NCBI GenBank assembly: GCA_000091165.1
Contig: FP565575.1
Coordinates: forward strand, 270,001 to 302,000
Reading direction: 5' to 3'
Length of the DNA stretch: 32,000 nucleotides
Source of the DNA: Candidatus Methylomirabilis oxygeniifera
GTDB taxonomy: Bacteria; Methylomirabilota; Methylomirabilia; Methylomirabilales; Methylomirabilaceae
Below the pieces are notes generated by a model, which saw nothing but the letters and a program-made list of their open reading frames with translations, did not search any database and was not told the origin of the DNA. Of the stretch, positions 1-6,930 are shown piece after piece (positions within the stretch are counted from its first letter, which is position 1; each line of letters opens with the position of its first letter). The position numbers and the translations under genes were made by a program.

Positions 1-759
1 GAGCGGATCGCGCAGTTCGACGCCGCGTTCGAGCCGCGGACCTATGAGGTTCCGCTTGCAGAGGCGATCCTGCGCCAGGCGCGACAGGTCATCCAGAATG
101 CCGGTTCTCTCCTGCTCCCGGATGGTTCAGGTCGTGATCGGGGTGCCCTGGTCAGGAACGGACAGCAGAGCTTTGAAGAGAACCACGGCCAGTACGATCG
201 GACGGAGGAGGTCTTTGCGCTGTGTGGGGCTGCGGTCCTCCTGCGGCGGACGATGCTGGACGACGTCGGGCTGCTTGATGACGAGTTCTTCATGTACTAT
301 GAGGACACCGATCTGGCATGGCGAGCCCGGCTCAGGGGGTGGAAGATTATGTATGCCCCGGGTGCGGTGGTGCGCCACGTCCATTGTGGGTCCAGCATCG
401 AATGGTCGCCCCTCTTTACCTTCCACGTGCTCCGCAATCGACTGGCCATGCTGCTGAAAGACGCCCCTGCCGGGATGGCGGCGAGGGAATGGAGACAATT
501 TCTGCTTTCCCTTCTGATACAGGGAATGAAGCTCTCCGCGCATTGCGCTCGGGGCGGCGGTCGCCGGGTGACCCCCCTGTGGCAGGACGTCGGCGTGAGA
601 GCCCGGGTCGCGCGATCGCTTATGATGTCCCTGCCAGGCCTCTACCGGAAACGCAGGACGATTCGTGGGGCGGCGCGGGTCGGGGACGAGGCGATCATGC
701 GATGGATATGCGATCCGGACAGGACCGTATATCCATCGAGAAGTAAAAAAATCACTTGA
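1..759 (+). CDS. glycosyltransferase family 2, C-terminal portion (5' end outside window)
   Basis: Frame 1 is open from base 1 to TGA 757-759; track ORF 253..759 is the same frame. The translation ...TEEVFALCGAAVLLRRTMLDDVGLLDDEFFMYYEDTDLAWRARLRGWKIMYAPGAVVRHVH... is the characteristic C-terminal half of GT2 (rhamnosyl/galactosyl-transferase-like) enzymes. Confidence 0.8.
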   Translation, partial: ERIAQFDAAFEPRTYEVPLAEAILRQARQVIQNAGSLLLPDGSGRDRGALVRNGQQSFEENHGQYDRTEEVFALCGAAVLLRRTMLDDVGLLDDEFFMYYEDTDLAWRARLRGWKIMYAPGAVVRHVHCGSSIEWSPLFTFHVLRNRLAMLLKDAPAGMAAREWRQFLLSLLIQGMKLSAHCARGGGRRVTPLWQDVGVRARVARSLMMSLPGLYRKRRTIRGAARVGDEAIMRWICDPDRTVYPSRSKKIT

Positions 760-784
760 CAGGTGTGAAATGCCATGATAGGAA
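756..784 (+). promoter_or_regulatory. candidate sigma70-type promoter (TTGACA-17-TAGGAA)
   Basis: Perfect -35 TTGACA at 756-761, a 17-nt spacer, and a weak -10 TAGGAA at 779-784. It lies in the gap upstream of the 892 gene. Confidence 0.25.
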
Positions 785-891
785 AACGCTACTAAGAAAG
801 TGGCGTGCAGGCTGCTGTAGGGCACTGAGACGGTATGTGCATTGGCGATGCTGCATGAGAGGCTATGGCTGCCGGGGAGAGGAGGACGAGT

Positions 892-1791
892 ATGATCCGT
901 TATAAGGGCGCGAAACGGTGGTTCCTACAAGGGTGCCTTACAGCGTCTTTGCTCCTCACGGTCATGGTGCGACCGGGTACGGCGGTGATGCAGTCGGATA
1001 TCCACATCTCGGACAATGGAACCGTGTATTGGGCGCAGCGCAACGACGGTTCTTCCGGGAAGGTGCGGGTGACCACCGTCGGTCTTGGGGCCAGCACCGG
1101 CGCGATCAATACGAGCGCAGCGCTGGCGCAGGATGGGACGCTGACCGCCAGCGGAACGGTGAATCCGTTGTTTGCGCTTGGCAATGTGCGGCGGACCGGA
1201 ATCTTTGCGTGCACCATTCCGGGAACGTTCGATCCGTCCGCTAATTCAGGGAATGGATCGTGGAATGTGGGTGGATCTGTGATCAACGGCTTTAGTGATG
1301 TGCCAAACCTGACCGATCTCTCCAACAACTTGGGTGGGGTTCCATCCGCTCAAACCGGAGTGAATCAGTTCGGATTCAACACTGCCACCCCAACGACCTC
1401 TATCGCAAAGGGTGCCCCAACCCCTTCTGACGGGTTTACGCTGAACACCGGTGAATGCGTGATCTACGTCCTCAATAGTGCATCTTTGCTCACCCCGGGG
1501 ACCACGCTGACCGGTGCAGGCGCGTCTGCCGGATTCATGGATAACTTCATTACCGGGACCGTGCAGTTGACGACCGGGAAGACGGATACTGTGGCGAAGT
1601 TCCTTCCCACCACCACCACGACGACGACTACGACGACGACGACTACGACGACGACCACCACGACCACCACGACGACGACAATCCCCCCGCCGACGATTCC
1701 AACGACTGGAGAGTGGGGGATGATGATTTTCGGGGCGGCGCTGCTCGGATTTATGGCCTGGATGACCCAAGCCAGGCGGTCGATTAAGTAG
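892..1791 (+). CDS. secreted protein with 24xThr linker and IPTLxxWG / IPTL-CTERM-type C-terminal sorting signal
   Basis: ATG 892 follows a strong SD, GGAGAGGAGGA (876-886); the track ORF starts at in-frame ATG 865. The N-terminus has a signal-like segment, KRWFLQGCLTASLLLTVMV. The C-terminus IPTTGEWGMMIFGAALLGFMAWMTQARRSIK is a motif, a hydrophobic helix and a basic tail. A strong terminator follows. Confidence 0.85.
   Translation: MIRYKGAKRWFLQGCLTASLLLTVMVRPGTAVMQSDIHISDNGTVYWAQRNDGSSGKVRVTTVGLGASTGAINTSAALAQDGTLTASGTVNPLFALGNVRRTGIFACTIPGTFDPSANSGNGSWNVGGSVINGFSDVPNLTDLSNNLGGVPSAQTGVNQFGFNTATPTTSIAKGAPTPSDGFTLNTGECVIYVLNSASLLTPGTTLTGAGASAGFMDNFITGTVQLTTGKTDTVAKFLPTTTTTTTTTTTTTTTTTTTTTTTTIPPPTIPTTGEWGMMIFGAALLGFMAWMTQARRSIK
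1609..1680 (+). repeat. imperfect ACS trinucleotide run encoding 24 consecutive Thr
   Basis: There are 24 Thr codons (acc/acg/act/aca mix) from 1609 to 1680, directly followed by IPPPTIPTTGEWG. Confidence 0.95.
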
Positions 1792-1820
1792 CCATCGCAA
1801 CGGACTATTCGATCGGTATG

Positions 1821-1853
1821 AAAAAGCGGGGCGATACGCCCCGCTTTTTCTTT
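1821..1853 (+). terminator. Rho-independent terminator (A-tract/T-tract flanked, possibly bidirectional)
   Basis: aaaaaGCGGGGCG-ata-CGCCCCGCtttttcttt: an 8-bp GC stem (1826-1833 / 1837-1844), a 3-nt loop, then a T-run. Confidence 0.85.
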
Positions 1854-1890
1854 GTCAACCGTTCTTGATCTCCACAGTCCCATTCCGCCT

Positions 1891-4023
1891 ATGGTAGCGT
1901 CAACCGATGAACCGGAGATGGACACACGCCGTGGACGGATCGAGGTTATCAGTACCGCTGTTGTCCTCGCCCTGATCTACGGAGTACTCCTTTGGCAGTT
2001 CCCGCCCTCGCTTCTCCTGCTGCCGACGATCACAGCCGGCGGCGACACACTCTTTCACTATGTGACGGCTGCCTACCTCAGGGATCATCTGTTGGCGCAT
2101 GGCCGGATTGTGGGCTGGATGCCCGGTAATCTGGCCGGTTTTCCGCTGTTCCTCTTTTACTTTCCGCTGGCCTTCCTCGCCGTTTGCGGGCTGAGCCTTA
2201 TCGCTCCATTCCCGGTTGCGTTTAAACTGGGGACCGTTGCCGGGACCTTCGCGCTTCCGTTGGCTTCGTACGTGGCCCTCCGCTGGATCGGTCTGGCTTA
2301 CCCGACGCCTGCTATCGGAGCGCTATTCACGCTCTGTTTCCTCTTCATCGAGAGCAACACCATGTGGGGCGGCAATATCCCCAGCACACTGGCGGGAGAG
2401 TTCGCTTACAGCTTCTCCCTTCCCCTGCTGGTCCTCTTCCTCGGCGCCCTGTACCGGGGCGTGGAGAAGCGGCGGCACGCATGGTTGGGCGCGGGACTGC
2501 TCGCGCTGGTGGGTTTCAGCCACGGTTACACCCTGGTCATGGCGGCGGGGGCGGGGCTGTTCTTCCTCGTGTTCAATCGCGATATGTGGGCGACGCTCTG
2601 GTACCTCTTGCGGGTCTATGGGATCGGGGGGCTGCTGCTGGGTTTCTGGATCCTGCCGCTGGTCATGTCTTTGCCCTACACCTCCGGATGGCCCATCAGT
2701 TGGCAATTTACCTCGTTGCTTGAGCCGCTCCCGATCATCCTTTGGCCGATCGTCGCCGCCGCGATTGTCACGATCGCCGCCGCGTTCCGGCGACCGAAGC
2801 GTCCCGCGTCGAACCAGGGCCAGGAATGGATGAGCAAGGTCCATTACCTGAGCTTTCCGGTCGCGCTTGGGATCCTGCTGTTTTCGTTGGCCGCCCGCCT
2901 CAATCTGGTAGACATCCGATTCCTTTCGATCGCCCAGTTCTTCATCACGCTGGTCGCGGCCGCCGGATTCGGAAAAGCCTGGCCGCGTCTCGCGCCCCGT
3001 CTCCGGGCGATCGCCCTGGTAGTCCTCGCCCTCATCACTATCCTGTGGGCGCTCTCTCAGCAATCCTACAGCCGTGACTGGATTGTCTCAAACTATCGCG
3101 GGATGGAGTCGGCTCCGCTGTGGAAGCAATACCGGGTTCTGAACGAGGTGCTGAAGGGAGGGCCCCAGGATCCGCGGATCATGTATGAGCATTCCGGGAA
3201 GCACGAAGGCGCCGGTACCGTCCGCGCCTTCGAGGCCCTCCCGCTGTTTTCCGGCCGGTCCACGCTCGAAGGGGCGTACATGCAGTCCTCGCTGAGCGCG
3301 CCGTTCATCTTTGATCTCCAGTCAGAGCTGACGCCGACGCCATCGTGCCCCTTTCCGCAGTATCGGTGCAGCCGTTTCGATCCCGATCGGGCTGTTCGCC
3401 ATCTGGTCCTCTTCAACGTGAAGGGGTTCATCGCCGTCTCGTCGGAGGTCAAGGCGGCCCTGGATGCCCATCCGGCCTTCCGGCGGGCATTGAATGTTGA
3501 GCCGTACGCGATCTATGAGGTTCTTCCAGGTAATGGGCGGTATGTCGTCCCGCTCTCGTTCCAGCCGACCGTCTCCGGTGCGAAGGACTGGAAACGTCTG
3601 GCCTATGACTGGTTCCAGCGACCGGAATGGGCGGAAGTTCCACTGATTTTCCCACAAGGCGATGAGCCGCCACCCACGGATGCGGTTGCCTTCCATGGGC
3701 TGGAGCAGGGACCGGTCAAAGTCCCGTTGGCCGATGCCTGCCATGTTGAGGAGACGGTCCTTGAGCAGGAGATTCGCTTCCAGACCGATTGCCCGGGCCG
3801 GCCGCATCTGGTCAAGGTGTCCTATCATCCCAAGTGGAGGGCGGAGGGCGCCGATCGGATTTACCTGACGTCGCCGGCCTTTATGGTGGTCTATCCTGCG
3901 GACAAGCAGGTCAGGCTGGCGTTCGGCGACCGTTGGCCCGATACGCTTGGTTGGATTGCGACGGCGTTGGGTCTGCTGTGGCTGCTCGCAGAGGCAAGGA
4001 CGGCAGCCCCGCGACGCCGCTGA
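1891..4023 (+). CDS. large polytopic membrane protein, YfhO-like / GT-C-fold glycosyltransferase-like
   Basis: About 12 hydrophobic segments over some 420 aa are followed by a soluble domain of about 290 aa and a terminal TM. The C-terminal signature ...LVKVSYHPKWRAEGADRIYLTSPAFMVVYPADKQVRLAFG...LGWIATALGLLWLL matches the YfhO-type end. I prefer ATG 1891, because the track TTG 1852 lies inside the upstream terminator. Confidence 0.6.
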   Translation: MVASTDEPEMDTRRGRIEVISTAVVLALIYGVLLWQFPPSLLLLPTITAGGDTLFHYVTAAYLRDHLLAHGRIVGWMPGNLAGFPLFLFYFPLAFLAVCGLSLIAPFPVAFKLGTVAGTFALPLASYVALRWIGLAYPTPAIGALFTLCFLFIESNTMWGGNIPSTLAGEFAYSFSLPLLVLFLGALYRGVEKRRHAWLGAGLLALVGFSHGYTLVMAAGAGLFFLVFNRDMWATLWYLLRVYGIGGLLLGFWILPLVMSLPYTSGWPISWQFTSLLEPLPIILWPIVAAAIVTIAAAFRRPKRPASNQGQEWMSKVHYLSFPVALGILLFSLAARLNLVDIRFLSIAQFFITLVAAAGFGKAWPRLAPRLRAIALVVLALITILWALSQQSYSRDWIVSNYRGMESAPLWKQYRVLNEVLKGGPQDPRIMYEHSGKHEGAGTVRAFEALPLFSGRSTLEGAYMQSSLSAPFIFDLQSELTPTPSCPFPQYRCSRFDPDRAVRHLVLFNVKGFIAVSSEVKAALDAHPAFRRALNVEPYAIYEVLPGNGRYVVPLSFQPTVSGAKDWKRLAYDWFQRPEWAEVPLIFPQGDEPPPTDAVAFHGLEQGPVKVPLADACHVEETVLEQEIRFQTDCPGRPHLVKVSYHPKWRAEGADRIYLTSPAFMVVYPADKQVRLAFGDRWPDTLGWIATALGLLWLLAEARTAAPRRR

Positions 4024-4131
4024 ATCCAGTCAGGGGTTAGCCGGACATGTGGTCCCCCCCTTCGCTAAATAGGGAGACGAAAGCGGCACATGCGTGTCGT
4101 CCCCCTGGCTTGCTCAAGGGGGGAGGGGAGA

Positions 4132-4166
4132 GAAAACCCCCTTGTATCCCCCTTTACGAAAGGGGG
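4132..4166 (+). repeat. G/C-run palindromic repeat family, copy 1 (+ orientation)
   Basis: GAAAACCCCC-ttgtat-CCCCCTTT-acg-AAAGGGGG: an 8-bp stem with a 3-nt loop. The same architecture occurs at 9842-9874, 9932-9965 and 31032-31081, and inverted at 4282-4317. Confidence 0.85.
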
Positions 4167-4263
4167 AGGAGAAGAGGTGGCCTTTGCCAAAGTGGGAGAA
4201 GGTGTGGAGGTAGCTTTTGCCAAAGAGGGAGAAGGTGTGGAGGTAGCTTTTGCCAAAGAGGGA
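4165..4263 (+). repeat. 33-bp tandem repeat, about 3 copies
   Basis: 4198-4230 and 4231-4263 are identical (gaaggtgtggaggtagcttttgccaaagaggga). 4165-4197 is a diverged copy, about 25/33 by eye. Each unit carries a degenerate CTTTTGCCAAAGAG palindrome. Confidence 0.9.
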
Positions 4264-4281
4264 GGAGATCCAGCGTATGGT

Positions 4282-4317
4282 CCCCCCCTTTGGAAAAGGG
4301 GGGCTAGGGGGGTTTTC
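4282..4317 (-). repeat. G/C-run palindromic repeat family, copy 2 (inverted orientation)
   Basis: The reverse complement reads GAAAACCCCCC-tag-CCCCCCTTTT-cc-AAAGGGGGGG. With copy 1 it forms an inverted pair flanking the 33-bp tandem array. Confidence 0.8.
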
Positions 4318-4427
4318 CCTTCGGCAACGCAGGAGAAAGAGTGTGCATATCTGTCGCAGACAGGTTCAGCCGCGCTAATTCCGGAAGAACCACGTCATCT
4401 CGTCTCTTTCCTATTCCCCTATTTCTC

Positions 4428-4455
4428 TTGACACCGGAAGATGGACTGTGATATT
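4428..4455 (+). promoter_or_regulatory. candidate sigma70 promoter with extended -10 (TTGACA-16-TGtGATATT)
   Basis: -35 TTGACA at 4428-4433, a 16-nt spacer, TG at 4447-4448, and -10 GATATT at 4450-4455. This implies a leader of about 190 nt before ATG 4646. Confidence 0.4.
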
Positions 4456-4645
4456 GACTGTTGAATTGTAGATTGTCGATTCGCGTTCTGCCGCACATTG
4501 GCAGCGTCGCGGTTACGGTGAAGATGTTCTCATGATCAGGATCTTTATCTTTGGCTGACAGATTGTAGACGCAGCGTCACGGCCCCCGGTTGTGGCCGCC
4601 CTCAGGAAGGGGCTGCCGACCCGTGGGCAGAAGGGAGGGGCTTGT

Positions 4646-5683
4646 ATGCGCGCACGATACCGGGGCATGGTCCTCGCCGGCCTACTCGCGACGGCCGTTC
4701 TGATCCTGCCCACACCCGGCCTGGCAGCCGATACCTGCAGTCTCTCCGGCGTGTATCCCTTCAGCACCTTCGCCGATCCCGGGAGCGCGACCCAGGCCCT
4801 CGGGACGATGACCTTTACCACGGGCAGCTCGTGCAGCGTTCCGGGCACAGTGGCGATCGTGGGGTCCTACAAATCGGTCGGCGGGGTGGAGACCCTCTTC
4901 AGCGTCAGCGGCACGTACTCGGTGGACAGCACCGGACGCATGACGACGACGATTGCGGGGGATATCAACATCTGGGGGCAAGTCGCCCTGCAGGGGAGCC
5001 CCCCGGCCCGCAGCTTCCCATTCGTAGGCGCCTTCACCGGTAACCTGATCCTAGCCGGGGTGGCGGTAAGAGAGAACCTGGAACTCGCGACCGGACCGGC
5101 AGGCGCGGCAGGCGCGACAGGACCGGCAGGCGCAACGGGCGCTGCGGGAACGGCAGGCGCGGCGGGGGCGAGAGGCGCGACCGGACCGACAGGACCGGGA
5201 GGAGGCGCGACCGGCCCGACAGGACCGGCAGGCGCAACGGGCGCTGCGGGAACGGCAGGTGCGGCAGGCGCGACCGGGCCGACCGGCGCGACCGGCGCGG
5301 CAGGGCCGGTCAGGTCGAGCGTCCTGACCGGCGGGAACGCTGGGCTTGCCAATTTTCTTGCTCTGTCGTATATGGGTCCGAGAAATGGGACAGATAGTGC
5401 GACACGTGCGAACGTCGAGGTTCCTATGCCTCTGGGCTCGGCAAGCGGCTTCAGTGTGAATCTAAAAACTCCCCCTGGTGCCGGGACGTCGCGTAAGTTC
5501 ACCGTTTTGAGGAGTGCGACTCCTACACTCACCTGTACGATCGCTGGTACCGGCACGACATGTTCGGCCGCAGGGTCTCAGGCGTTCAGCTCTGATGATA
5601 TGCTGGCAGTAGAGCACTCAGCCTCCACCAGTGCTCCTGCCCCGTCACCAGGATCCTGGTCCCTGCTGTATGCGGTGCCATAA
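4646..5683 (+). CDS. secreted collagen-like (Gly-X-Y) repeat protein, paralog 1
   Basis: ATG 4646 follows GGGAGGGG, and the paralog shares the same MRARYRGM start. The signal peptide is [28 protein letters not shown]. After an N-terminal domain of about 120 aa comes a 73-aa Gly-X-Y tract (5093-5311), then a C-terminal domain of about 120 aa. A terminator follows. Confidence 0.9.
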   Translation: MRARYRGMVLAGLLATAVLILPTPGLAADTCSLSGVYPFSTFADPGSATQALGTMTFTTGSSCSVPGTVAIVGSYKSVGGVETLFSVSGTYSVDSTGRMTTTIAGDINIWGQVALQGSPPARSFPFVGAFTGNLILAGVAVRENLELATGPAGAAGATGPAGATGAAGTAGAAGARGATGPTGPGGGATGPTGPAGATGAAGTAGAAGATGPTGATGAAGPVRSSVLTGGNAGLANFLALSYMGPRNGTDSATRANVEVPMPLGSASGFSVNLKTPPGAGTSRKFTVLRSATPTLTCTIAGTGTTCSAAGSQAFSSDDMLAVEHSASTSAPAPSPGSWSLLYAVP

Positions 5684-5701
5684 ATATCTCTACACGTTCA
5701 A

Positions 5702-5734
5702 CCCCCTGGTCGTCGGACCAGGCGGGGTCTTTTT
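5702..5734 (+). terminator. Rho-independent terminator
   Basis: CCCCCTGGTC-gtcg-GACCAGG(c)GGGG followed by tcttttt. Confidence 0.8.
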
Positions 5735-5831
5735 GGCTGATAGATCGAAGGCGTAGTTTCACGGTCCTCGGTTGTTGCCGCCCTCGCGAAGAAAGGGTCG
5801 CCAAACCGTGGGACGACAAGGAGGATCGAGT

Positions 5832-6866
5832 ATGCGCGCACGATACCGAGGCATGGGCCTTGCCGGTCTGCTCACCGCGGCCGTTCTGATCCTGCCCACA
5901 CCCGGCCGGGCAGCCGATACCTGCAGTCTCTCCGGCGTGTATCCCTTCAGCACCTTCGCCGATCCCGGGAGCGCGACCCAGGCCCTCGGGACGATGACCT
6001 TTACCACGGGCAGCTCGTGCAGCGTTCCGGGCACAGTGGCGATCGTGGGGTCCTACAAATCGGTCGGCGGGGTGGAGACCCTCTTCAGCGTCAGCGGCAC
6101 GTACTCGGTGGACAGCACCGGACGCATGACGACGACGATTGCAGGAGATATCAACATTTGGGGGCAAGTCGCCCTGCAGGGGAGCCCGGCCCGTCTCCTG
6201 CCATTCGTTGGGGCCTTCACCGGTGACCTGATCCTGGCCGGGGTGGCGGTGAGCGAGAATCTGAACCTCGCTGCCGGACCGACCGGTCCGACCGGACCGA
6301 CCGGACCCGCCGGCGCGACCGGACCCGCCGGCGCGGCAGGCGCGACCGGGGCGACCGGCGCGACCGGGGCATCAGGAGGCGCGACAGGTCCGACCGGACC
6401 GGCAGGCTCGGCAGGCGCGACCGGCGCGACAGGCGCGGCGGGTCCGACCGGAGCGACCGGCGCGACAGGTGCGGCAGGGCCGAGCGTGGCGAGTGTCCTG
6501 ACCGGCGGATCGGCTGGAGAGGATCTTGCCATTCCTGGTGCTAAGTCATATATGGGTCCGGGAAACGGGCGAGATAATGCGACACTGACTAATGTTGAGG
6601 TCCCTATGCCTGCGGGCACTGCAAGCGCCTTACGTGTCAAGCTGAAAACTGCCCCTGGGGCCGGGAATTCGCGTAAGTTCACCGTCTTGCGTAGTGGGAA
6701 TACCAGTGCGCTCACCTGTACGATCGCTGATACTGGAACTGACTGTTCGATTCTCGCAGGGTCTCAGGCCTTTACTAGTTTGGAGAGGCTGGCGGTAGAG
6801 CACTCAGCCTTTGGGGCCGCCCTGTCACCAGGATCATGGTCTCTGCTGTATACGGTGACGCCGTAG
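5832..6866 (+). CDS. secreted collagen-like (Gly-X-Y) repeat protein, paralog 2
   Basis: ATG 5832 follows AAGGAGGA. The architecture matches paralog 1. The Gly-X-Y tract is 70 aa (6276-6485). A terminator follows. Confidence 0.9.
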   Translation: MRARYRGMGLAGLLTAAVLILPTPGRAADTCSLSGVYPFSTFADPGSATQALGTMTFTTGSSCSVPGTVAIVGSYKSVGGVETLFSVSGTYSVDSTGRMTTTIAGDINIWGQVALQGSPARLLPFVGAFTGDLILAGVAVSENLNLAAGPTGPTGPTGPAGATGPAGAAGATGATGATGASGGATGPTGPAGSAGATGATGAAGPTGATGATGAAGPSVASVLTGGSAGEDLAIPGAKSYMGPGNGRDNATLTNVEVPMPAGTASALRVKLKTAPGAGNSRKFTVLRSGNTSALTCTIADTGTDCSILAGSQAFTSLERLAVEHSAFGAALSPGSWSLLYTVTP

Positions 6867-6890
6867 CTATAACCATCTCTACACACACAA

Positions 6891-6922
6891 CCCCCCTGGT
6901 CGCCTGACCAGGGGGGTTTTTT
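6891..6922 (+). terminator. Rho-independent terminator
   Basis: CCCCCCTGGTC-gcct-GACCAGGGGGG (a perfect 11-bp stem) followed by tttttt. Confidence 0.9.
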
Positions 6923-6930
6923 GTCCGCCT

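Noticed and set aside
1852-1890. TTG 1852 as the start of the first YfhO-like gene
   Set aside because: The codon lies inside the T-run of the upstream terminator. ATG 1891 or ATG 1918 are more plausible.
4165-4263. Possible CRISPR array, based on the regular 33-bp periodicity
   Set aside because: The units are contiguous with no unique spacers, there are only about three copies, and no cas genes are present. This is a simple tandem repeat.
4047-4431. Track ORFs 4047-4307, 4065-4256 (minus strand) and 4090-4431, encoding KGG/EGVEVAFAKEG-type peptides
   Set aside because: They lie entirely on the palindromic and tandem repeat block, have no SD and low-complexity translations, and are open in several frames, as expected for repeat DNA.
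4867-6715. Minus-strand ORFs 4867-5556 and 6053-6715 giving Pro/Ala-rich repeats ([13 protein letters not shown]...) opposite the collagen-like genes
   Set aside because: They are mirror images of the GGN-rich Gly-X-Y tracts. SDs, signal peptides and the two Rho-independent terminators are all on the plus strand.
4549-6922. Diversity-generating retroelement or cassette-switching explanation for the diverged C-terminal domains of the collagen-like paralogs
   Set aside because: There is no reverse transcriptase, no template/variable repeat pair with adenine-specific differences, and no recombinase or inverted repeats in the window. Divergence is spread over all base types.
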